Of a stretch of 64,000 bases of DNA, positions 53,355 through 64,000 are shown one piece after another. The notes under the pieces were generated by a model that saw only the letters and a program-made list of their open reading frames with translations, made no database searches and was not told the DNA's origin. Position 1 is the first letter of the stretch. Every line of letters starts with the position of its first letter. The translations under genes and the position numbers were made by a program. The stretch is from Eledone cirrhosa (Eukaryota): NCBI GenBank assembly GCA_964016885.1, contig OZ024741.1, positions 339,202,001 to 339,266,000 on the forward strand. Direction: 5' to 3'.

Positions 53355-55299
53355 TGTAGCGAAATCTGTCCACGCCTTGAACCTTGGGTGACACTTAAAA
53401 GTCAAATTCTAGGTCACCATCCTTTTCGGCGTGGACAGGTTCATGCGTGGGCGACCCCTCGGGGCAGGGAGACAGAAAGTGACAGGTATATAAAGCCTAT
53501 ATTTTCCCACGTTTTACACAGAGAGATCGGAGCCGTACTCTATAGACAATCGATGTAAAGATTCACCGCCTACTACAGGCCTCTGAGGTCTACAGTCAAC
53601 CACAGACCATTACTCTCTCTCTCTCTCCTTGTCTCAGACTACAACAGCCTCATGAACCAACAACCAAATAACATTGTCAACCTTCGCACCTCGTTGTAAC
53701 TTGTTTATTGTTTTTTTTTACTGAAGTAAAGTAAACCTTTTTATATATAAAGCTATTTTTGTTATTATATTTAACAACTAACAACTAATACCCCTCGTTA
53801 CATTGGGAACCCCGACGTGGTAAAAAAAAAATACGAAGTGGTATTTAAAAAAAAAAAAGAAAACAACACGCATTTTTCTGATCATGGCTTCCATTGCCAA
53901 TATCAACAACTTTCTCAGCAATATATAATTACCAAGCTTCTCATCTATATGGTACGATATGATAAAACTTCACTTTTTCAAATTATTCACCACAAACTTC
54001 CATTCTACGGAATATTTACAGTAACTTTGCGTTGATGTTTCGATTCATTAACAAACACTTCACCACGAGCTTCGTAATCTCCAACAACAACAACAACAAC
54101 AACAACAGACAATACTACTAGCTTCCTAGCAAGAAAACGACCACCTAAAGAAAAGAAAACTGAACTTTTTGTAAAGAACAATTATATAAATTTTTTTTTT
54201 ACCGTTTATATATGAACGTCCATTTTTATTAATAAAATTTGTTTTTATTGTATTATATGCCTGTATGAACATACACGTTTTGCATCAAACACACATCATT
54301 TTCTTTGTCACACACCACATGTTTTTGTCTATGGTATGTTCTGGATTCGGTTGGGATTCTGCGAGATCACTTTTCAACTGGTCGAGGTTCGGAAACAGCT
54401 ATTAAACACACGAGAAACAACCCACGGGTACTACACGCCTGGACTCACTCAGGCACGCAACTCAAAATGGCACACACTCATGTCATAGCGTAAACCTCGA
54501 CTCACTGGAAAAGCATCTTACGTATGATAATAGATCGAGAGAAATAGTCTTCTGTGTTATCATATCGTAATCTGATACTGCAACCCCGAACATTCAACCA
54601 TCCATACACAACAGTTCGAAATACATGATCACAACTTTGTATATTTACAGTTTCTTCTAAATGCTACACACACACACATGCATACACAGTTATACGATAT
54701 TATTTCTCTTTCTCTTTCCAAATTTCTCTACACTCGAAATGCGGGTGCAGTACCCACATTTTGTGTGTTTTGGGACACGCTTCTGGAATCAGATTTCGCT
54801 ACCCCTTTTATAATCGATCGCTGCATCGATCTGGGTAGGGAAATAATGTAGTGAAATCTGTCCACGCCTTGAACCTTGGGTGACACCTAAAAGTCTAATT
54901 CTAGGTCACCATCCTTTTCGGCGTTAACAGGTTCATGCGTGGGCGATCCCTTGAGGCAGGAAGACAGAAAGCGACAGGTATATAAAGCCTATATTTTCCC
55001 ACATTTTACACAGAGAGATCGGAGCCGTACTCTATAGACAAGCGATGTAAAGATTCACCGCCTACTACAGGCCTCTGAGGTCTACAGTCAACCACAGACC
55101 ATTACTCTCTTTCTCTCCTTGTCTCAGACTACACCAGCCTCATGAACCAACAACAAAATAACATTGTCAACCTTCGCAACTCGTGGTAACTTGTTTATTG
55201 TTCTTTTTGACTGAAGTGAAATAAACCTTTTTATATATAAAGTAAACCAACTATTTTTGTTATTTCATTTAACAACCACAACTTCTACTCTTCGTTACA
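53355..55299 (+). mobile_element. Non-autonomous LTR retrotransposon (Gypsy-type) nested in a SINE
   Basis: LTRs 53355-53802 and 54847-55299 (TGTAG...GTTACA), PBS-like TTGGGAACCCCGACG, PPT-like GGGTAGGGAAATAA and a 4-bp TSD CAAA. The interrupted SINE continues on both sides. Confidence 0.92.
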
Positions 55300-56127
55300 C
55301 AAATACCGTAAAACATTCTATCCGACGTCTTAACGACTCTGTCAATTCGCCGCTTATTTGTGTGAATTACGACTTTCAATTCTATCAAATAAAAAAAAAA
55401 AATGGTTTCTAATTTAGGCACAAGGCCAGCAATTTGTGGGAAGCGGAAAATCAATTATATTGATCCTAGTTCTTTACTTGCTTGTGTGTCTTTTCTTACG
55501 TTTTTCCTTTCCATTTTCTTTCTCTTTTTTAATTATTTGTAATGTTATTTATACAACTGTGAATAAAAACAATTAAAACTCGAGATTTGAACTCAAAACA
55601 ACAAAATATTAATGAAAAGTTAGTTATATTACTAAATCCCTCAAAATTCTTGATTAATATTATTTTCTAATCCTAGGCAGTGTCATCCATTAGAAATATG
55701 GCAACGAGAGGGTTAAATAATTTTTGTGAGGTTTTTTTAAAAAAAAATATCTATTTTAATTTTTAAAACGAAACATTGGAAATTAAATGCCGTAAATCTT
55801 CATAATCGTAAAATTAATTGACTATTCTCAGTTGCAGATTCAGGTTTTAAGCAATAAAATTCATTTTCAATATTTAGTAGAGTTATAGAGAAAATTCGGC
55901 GAGATTGTCTTTAGTAGAGTTATGGAGAAAATCTGACGAGATTATCCGTAATTTTCCCCTTTTATCGTATTGAAATCACTTTTCTCCTGTAATTAAGTAT
56001 TAAATTACTCTTATATTAAATATAAAATAGAGAAACACAAATATCTGGTCAATACGATGAATACGAAATATTTGTGTTTTTCTAGAAAAGAAATTCTTTA
56101 TTACGAATTTTGAGTTGCCAACATACA

Positions 56128-56548
56128 ATAATTGTTTCTACTTTTGGCACAAGGCCAGCAATTATTCCGGTGCATTACTGGTATTTTATTTTATCGACCC
56201 CGTAATGATGAAAGGCAAAGTTAACCTCGGCGGGATTTGAACTCAGACCGTAAAGGGCCGTAACTCTATACTGCAAAACATGGCATCCGACCCTCTACCG
56301 ACACTGCCAATCCACCGCCATCATTCAATAATGGTTTCTTATATAGGCACAAGGCCAGCAATTTTTAGGGAAGGGAAAGTCGATTAAATTGACCCCAGTG
56401 TGTGACTGGTGCTTTATGTTATCGACCCCGTAAGGATGAAAGGCAAAGTTAACCTAGGCAGGATTTGAACTCAGAGCGTAAAGGGCCGTAACTCTATACT
56501 GCAAAGCATGGCGTCCGACCCTCTACCGATACTGATAATCCACAGCCA
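56128..56548 (-). mobile_element. Two tandem full-length SINEs
   Basis: Copies at 56128-56319 and 56330-56548, with CAT(A/T)CAATAAT at all three junctions. Confidence 0.9.
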
Positions 56549-56899
56549 TCATACAATAATAAGCTACTTTGGAGGGCTATTTGAAATGGTTAAGAATCAC
56601 TGCTCGATATAATTATTTAATCTAATCTAATCTGGCCAAGTTACACTCGCAAATAAGAAGAACCAGGGCCGCCCCTAGGAGAATTGGATTTGGTGTACTT
56701 CATATTTGTTTCGGTTGCTGAATACAATCAGGGGTCGCTGCTCCTCCTGAAGGTCAATAGTTCTCTTCTAACTCGAGCGCCTTTCCATTGTCAATTTGCA
56801 TTGATTATCTGCAAAGCCGCATTGTTCTCAGAACCATTACACCAGTCTTTCTATGCGTGCAGCTGGAACTACTGCCACCTATTGATTTGGCAGGATCGC

Positions 56900-57306
56900 T
56901 ACTCATTTCTACAGCTGGAGCAACGTGAAATAAAGTGTCTTGCTCAAGAACACAACATATCACCCAGTCTGAAAATCGAACTCACAACCTTTCGATTGCA
57001 AGCCCAATGCTCTAACCACTAAGCCATGCGCCTTCAACCTGTTAGAAATAGCCAATAGCCACAAAATTGTGCTTCAAATCACATCATACCATTTTAGAAA
57101 AATATAAGAGTATTTGATAATTGTTTTTACTTTTGGCACAAGGCCAGCAATTAACTAGTACATTAATGGTACTTTTATTTTATCGACCCCGTAAGGATGA
57201 AAGGCAAAGTTAACATTGGCGCGATTTGAACTCAGAATGGCAAGGGGCGTAACTCTATGCATCAAAGCATAGTGTCCGACCCTCTACCGATACTGCCAAT
57301 CCACCG
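56900..57306 (-). mobile_element. Second-family SINE head (56900-57032) and full-length first-family SINE (57118-57306)
   Basis: Homology to 32607 and 10575 respectively. Confidence 0.85.
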
Positions 57307-57768
57307 CACAATGTTCTCGATATATTATGTTTGAAAAATCGTGTGAATATTGCCAAGAGGTGTATTCTTGTTTCGTAGGCATATGACCACACTCCATGGG
57401 ACTTATTGTGGGAGGTTATGCAGGAGTATGGGATCGATGAGCAACTTCTTGTAGGTAGATAAATGGTAGATATTGGTAGATAAATAGACGAAGGTAGATT
57501 AATCGATAGGTAGATAAATCTATTGATTGATTGATTTCGAGAGATAGTAGAGATATGGTGACATGTGACTTCGTAGATAATTTGCTAGGTAAGATTATCT
57601 GCTTATACATACACACGTATATACACCCATACAAATACACACACATAATACACATCAGACACACGGGTGTTTCATGTTGATGAAAGACACACATACATGT
57701 ATATGTGTATGTATGTATGTATATATATATATATATATCTATATTATATATATATATGTGTGTTTGTT

Positions 57769-57803
<35 letters not shown>

Positions 57804-57827
57804 ATGGGTGTATATTTATATATAGTG

Positions 57828-57871
<44 letters not shown>

Positions 57872-58139
57872 TAGAGGTAGATGGATAGAGATATGTAGAT
57901 AAATAGAAAGATTGAGAATTGAGAGCTAGCTAGATAGATAGGTAGAGAGGTAATTGGATCAATAGAGAGTATGTGTGCGTGTGTGTGTGTGTGTGTGTGA
58001 AAGAGAGAGAGAGGGGGGGGGGGAGTATGAGGGGATGTGGTATGTGTATGTTTGTGGGAGATAAATGGATTGTTAAATAGATTGCTTAACAAACCAAATA
58101 AAGGAATAAAAACATCATTTCTGCGTCATTTGCCTTTCG

Positions 58140-58765
58140 TCACCACCACCATCACTATTACCAACATCACCACCAACACCACCACCACCAACACTACCAC
58201 CACCAACACTATCGCCAACATCACCACCAACACCACCACCACCAACACTACCACCACCACCACTATTACCAACATCATCACCACCAACACCACCACCACC
58301 AACACTACCATCACCAACACTATTACCAACATCACCACCATCACTACCACCACCAACAGTACCATCACCAACACTATCGCCGACACCACCACCACTATTA
58401 CCAACACCACCACCACTATTACCAACATCACCACCAACACTACCACCACCAACACTACCACCACCAACACTACCATCACCACCACTATCGCCAACACCAC
58501 CACCACTATTACCAACATCACCACCATCACTATCACCACCAACACTACCATCACCACCACAACAACAACCATGACCACCACTAATATCACCACCATCTGA
58601 ATGACCACCACCACCACCATCATCTGTATGACCACTAATACCATCACCGCCACCATCACCTTCTGTATGACCGCCACCACCACCTTCTGTATGACCACGA
58701 CCACCACCGCTACCTCAACCACAACAACAACCACCACTAACACCACCAACAACACCACCACCATT
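58140..58765. repeat. (ACC/AAC)n mosaic tract
   Basis: Trinucleotide repeats. Confidence 0.9.
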
Positions 58766-58922
58766 ACACCGTTTTATCTCTAACAAATGCAATCTTTGAT
58801 GCGAGATTTGGACAGTGTGTGTTTTTTTCACACTTGTTTTTATTGTCATCCGGAACAAAAGGATGATGTGTGGACACACATCTAACTACACACGCACAGA
58901 CTAAACGGACAGTGTGTTTGTG

Positions 58923-58956
<34 letters not shown>

Positions 58957-59004
58957 AATATGTATCAATATATAACGTAAATATATACATACACACACAC
59001 GCAC

Positions 59005-59076
<72 letters not shown>

Positions 59077-59169
59077 ATGTATATGTATATATGTATAAAT
59101 ATATATATATATATATGTATGTATATATATATATATATGTATGCGTGTATATATATACATGTACATGTA

Positions 59170-59204
<35 letters not shown>

Positions 59205-59344
59205 GACAGGAGAGAGAGGATGAAAGAGTCAGGTGGCCGTTTTATCGTTTATCGTTTATCCAGTGCAAATAAGAGAAAACGGTATATTTAGCGCAGTTAG
59301 CAAAACACCTTAACACTAACACGCACGTTACAAAATCATCGTGA

Positions 59345-59842
59345 TATGGTGGTGGTGACTGTGGTGGTGTTGGTGATGGTGGTGGTGGTGGTGGTGGTGT
59401 TGGCTATGGTGTTGATGGTGGTGTTGTTGGTGGTGATGATGGTGGTGGTTATAGTGATGCTGGTGTTGTTGGTGGTGATAGTTGTGTGGTAGTGGTTTGG
59501 TGGTGGTGATAATGGTCGTGGTTATGGTGATGTGATGTTGTTGGTGGTGATGGTCGTGTGATGTTGGTTTGGTGGTGGTGATAATGGTCGTGGTTATGGT
59601 GATGTGATGTTGTTGGTGGTGATGGTCGTGTGATGTTGGTTTGGTGGTGGTGATAATGGTCGTGGTTATGGTAATGGTCGTGTGATGGTGGTTTGATGGT
59701 GGTGATGATGGCCGTGGTTATGGTGATGGTCGTGTGATGGTGGTTTGATGGTGGTGATGATGGTCGTGGATATGGCGATGTGGTGGTTTGGTGGTGTTGT
59801 TGTTGGCGTTGTCGTTGGTGGTGATGGCGGTAGTGGTGGTGT
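59345..59842. repeat. (GGT)n mosaic with internal duplications
   Basis: Direct inspection. Confidence 0.85.
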
Positions 59843-59877
59843 GTATCCATTTATCCATCTCTTTGTTTCTCCCCCTC

Positions 59878-59933
<56 letters not shown>

Positions 59934-61527
59934 CTATTTTTATCTATCAATCCGTCCATCGGTCTGTCTCTCTTTCTTTCACCCACCCCCCGTCTATATC
60001 TATCTGTCTGTCCACCATGGGGACCGTTATCAAATCTTCCATCATCAATTGTATAAAGATGACTGGATTTCATTACGATCCTGGTACGATGGTGATTATC
60101 ATCATCATCATCTTCATCATCGTAACCAACATCATCATCGTGAACATCATTACTGTTATCATCACCAACACCACCACCTCCTCCACCATCATCGCCACCA
60201 CTATCTTCATAGCCACACCTTTATAGGCAACCTGCGAAATTTTCGGCTGACCCTACATTGTATACTGGGGTAGTTTCAAGCAGTTGGTATCACAAGGTTA
60301 AATATCAATCAAGAATTAGTAAATTCATCTAGTCACGTGTCTATAAGAAATTTGAACTCTTCTTATTAATAACTGCCTTGTTTCTTTCCAGGGGCTATGT
60401 TGAAAAAATAAACCTCATTTCTTCATTCCATGAGAGTATCTTGGCCAGCCTATGAACTGATCAACTCATGTTCGTATATTGTTTTGTATCAGAGAACCTG
60501 GGTATCAATAAATAATTAGTGCTATTAAATTTACCTAGTCATGTGTCTATGTTAGAAATATTTTATACAAAGCGATGGAGTCCGTGGAGAACTCGCAGAG
60601 CAGAAAACTTCATCTGTGGGAGTGAGATATATCATATTAGTTTTTGCAATCAAATCCTGTCATGGTTAACTTGGCTTATCCCTCATGGGTTGATAAATCA
60701 AGTACCAGGCTGTATAGAATATTTAGACATTGCATAGAAATCGAACAAGGAATAACAACAAATACCCAGGGAAAATCAATTTAATGGGACCACACATATT
60801 GCTAGGTATGGCAGTTCTGCCATACTTAGCTATATATGAGGCTAAACGTATAAGGCACATTTGCAGCAATTGCATAAGCAATAGGTTCAGGAAGAGCTTA
60901 ATCAGCAAGTAATATCTTTTTAGAGTTGTATTATTCTGCAGAGTCTATGTGAGTGATCGCTACCACTACAGAAGCTTAGCTATTACTGCTGTCATACGGC
61001 GCTTTATTATGACTCTAGTGGCAAATTCTATACAATATTCCATGTTTAGAAAAGTTAAAAATAGTTTCGAATCTCAGCACTCGACTAGCTTAGAGGAAAA
61101 TAAAAACCAAGAGTGTATGTAGAACAGGAATTTATCGCCGCCATTGTCATTGTTGACCAAATGAAACGACGAGTCTATAAATCTGGAATGGCTCGATAAA
61201 CAGAAACATTCGTTGTCTCAGAGTGGCAAATATTAATTCAATTCTAAAAAGGGCTTTATATAGAGTACGTGTGTGTGTGTGTGTCTTTGTTTATATATAT
61301 ACTATATGTGCGTATGTTCTTTGTGAGTGTATGTACGTGTTTGTATGTGTGCGCGTGCACATATCTTCTTGCGTATGTAAGCCTATTTGTTCGTGTAAAT
61401 ATACGTGTGTGTGTATGAGAGAGAGAGAGATTATATGCGTGCGTGTATATATATATATATATGTGTGTGTGTGCGTGTGAGAGAGAGAGATGCTGTACAT
61501 GCGTGTGTATATACATGTATGCGTATG

Positions 61528-61558
<31 letters not shown>

Positions 61559-61934
61559 GAGAGAGAGAGAGATGGATAGAAATGACGTGCATGCGTATGG
61601 CTATCTTGGAAAGACTTCTTTCGAAAAGCTGATGTTAGTCATAAAGCCGACAAAAGATTTTAGTCAACTTTCTCAAGATGTCAAAGGAAGTAGTTTGGAA
61701 CTTTGGCCTATATTGTCATGACGTCTCCAAAACACAGCTGTTGCCTCAATGCCTCTAATCTTGTTATTGACATAATATATAATTCTTGTAGATATTTGCA
61801 GGCGTGAAAATAAGCTGTTAGTCATGTTAGGGATTATGAATTAGTTTGATGAGGCTTTCCAAAATGAAAGTTTTATCGAACATTCTTGGAAATAAAAAGC
61901 TTCCGTCCGTTTTTATTTTCTCAGTGTGTGCGCG

Positions 61935-61990
<56 letters not shown>

Positions 61991-62006
61991 CACACATCTC
62001 TCTCTC

Positions 62007-62075
<69 letters not shown>

Positions 62076-62285
62076 ATATATACATATGTGTGTGTGTATG
62101 AGTGTAGAAGTGTGTGTGTCTCTCTTCCTCTCTCTGTACTTTTTATATTTATTTTTGTCAACTTTTAGATTTTTTTAATTCAGTTTAAAGAATAATTTTT
62201 GTATTGTATTATTTTGTTCTGTTATTTTTTTATTTGTATTTTTAATTCTATTTCTTTTTACTTATTATTTATTTATTGATTGATT

Positions 62286-63290
62286 TCTTCTTCTTCTTCT
62301 TCTTCTTCTTCTTCTTCTTCTTCTTCTTCTTCTTCTTCTTCTTCTTCTTCTTCTTCTTCTTCGTCTATCCCTAGCTGGTGCTGACCTTGGTACTGACCTT
62401 AGCATGGTCAAGGTCGAGGCGCTGCGATTACAGGTCCTCCTCAATTTATTTCGCCCAATTCTTCTTCGGTGCGCTGCGCAGTATTTTCCGGTGCATGGGA
62501 TGCTGTTGTGACACAAGTTGGTGTGTTAGTCTTCTGGTGCTCATCCTGCTGGCGTGGCCAAGCCACTGTAGCCTGCGTTGCTGAATTTGGTCTTCAATGG
62601 TCGACTGCTGCTGGTATTGTTCTCGGATGTTGCTGTTTGAAATTCGGTCGTGCCAAGGATCTGACGAAGATATAGCATTTGGAACACCTCCAGCTTATTC
62701 AGGTCTTGTAGAGGACAGATAGAACCAGCATGCGGAAAAGACGGATATTGATCCATAGAGAGATATGAGGCTTCTTCCAGACACACCATCGAAGGGATCC
62801 AAATATAGAAGTCGCAGACCCCATTCGCCAGTTGATCTCTGCTGTTGATGTCACCTTTTTCTCTGCAACCAGTGAGCCGAGATATTGATCCATAGGGAAA
62901 TATGAGGCTTCTTCCACACACACCATCGAAGAAATCCAAATGTAGAAATCGCAGACCCAATACGGCAGTTGATCTCTGCTGTTGATTCCCCCATTTTCTC
63001 TGCAACCAGTGAGCCGAGATATTGATCCATAGGGAAATATAAGGCTTCTTCCACACAGACTATCGAAGGGATCCAAATGTAGAAATCGCAGACCCAATAC
63101 GGCAGTTGATCTCTGCTGTTGATTCCACCGTTTTCTCTACAACCAGTGAGCCGAGATATTTGAACTCCCTGGCCTGCACAATCTAAATACCATCAAGATG
63201 TACAATGCCAGTGAACCATCTACGGAACTGATCAAGGCTGGAGGCACAGTGCTGCTTGAAATATTCCTTGCGCTCATCCAACTCTTATGG
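62286..63290 (-). mobile_element. RTE-like LINE 3' remnant with internal 137-bp triplication and (GAA)n tail
   Basis: QYLGSLV...AEINCRIGSA..FG.LR..VW repeated at 62744, 62881 and 63018. LNKLEVFQMLYLRQILG follows. (CTT)n at 62286-62361. Confidence 0.8.
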
Positions 63291-63524
63291 CGATCAGACA
63301 GAATACCTTCGAGATGGAATTAAAGGATTAAGGGTACACGTGTCAGTGAAATACCCAGCCACTTGCAATGGCCTGAGATGTTTTAAGAAGAATATGGTAC
63401 CTGTGAATTGTAACGACGATACTAAATACAAATTGGGACATGAAATTGTAACTGAATGATTATCGTTGTAACAGACGAAGAACCAATTTAATTCAAGATG
63501 TGCTTATATGTATGTACGTATGTG

Positions 63525-63556
<32 letters not shown>

Positions 63557-63649
63557 TGTATGTATGTATGTATGTATGTATGTAGGTAGGTATATATACA
63601 TATATGTATCATTATGTGTCCTTATGTCCATCCGTATATATGTTTTTAC

Positions 63650-63693
63650 TGCACTACATGGGCTCAACTTCTTCGTTAGCTCCACTTGTGTGT

Positions 63694-63725
<32 letters not shown>

Positions 63726-63762
63726 TCAACACTACATGAGGACACTGTTCGTTAGCTCCACT

Positions 63763-63840
<78 letters not shown>

Positions 63841-63911
63841 ATACACACACATATACACACACACAACACTACGTGAGATCTGTCTGTTCGTTAGCTACAC
63901 TTGTGTGTACG
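63650..63911 (+). repeat. Three copies of CACTAC(A/G)TG...TTCGTTAGCT(C/A)CACTTGT separated by microsatellites
   Basis: Direct inspection. Confidence 0.8.
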
Positions 63912-64000
63912 AAGACATGATTCGGAAACAGAAAATTCTGCCTTCACAATATTTCTCAACTTTTTTTTATAATTTGTATTTAATTATATTTTTATATATT

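Noticed and set aside
56632-56703. Signal-peptide-like PILLGAALVLLICECNLA on the minus strand
   Set aside because: The nearest ATG is out of frame and there is no good donor site, so it cannot be supported without transcripts.

Overview
Very repeat-rich, AT-rich animal DNA, probably intronic or intergenic. The SINE and microsatellite make-up suggests an octopod cephalopod (inference). No intact host gene can be called with confidence, and almost all ORFs in the track are microsatellite translations. Recognisable content: a decayed Penelope-like element (RT plus GIY-YIG) with a 5' inversion, two tail-to-tail Tx1-like LINEs plus fragments, RTE, R4/Dong and CRE LINE remnants, a Gypsy pol remnant, a small non-autonomous LTR element nested in a SINE, about 20 tRNA-derived SINE pieces, and many micro/minisatellites. 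The main unannotated signal is a dense set of type I hammerhead ribozyme (HHR) motifs read by eye: 7 with intact core boxes and about 7 degenerate. Most have palindromic loop 3 and sit beside (TA)n tracts. Several lie in short fold-back elements whose turnaround point falls in or next to the ribozyme. One canonical HHR with a long stem I (25897-25987, minus) lies in unique DNA between splice-like signals. Scattered minus-strand exon candidates hint weakly at a transmembrane mucin-like gene.
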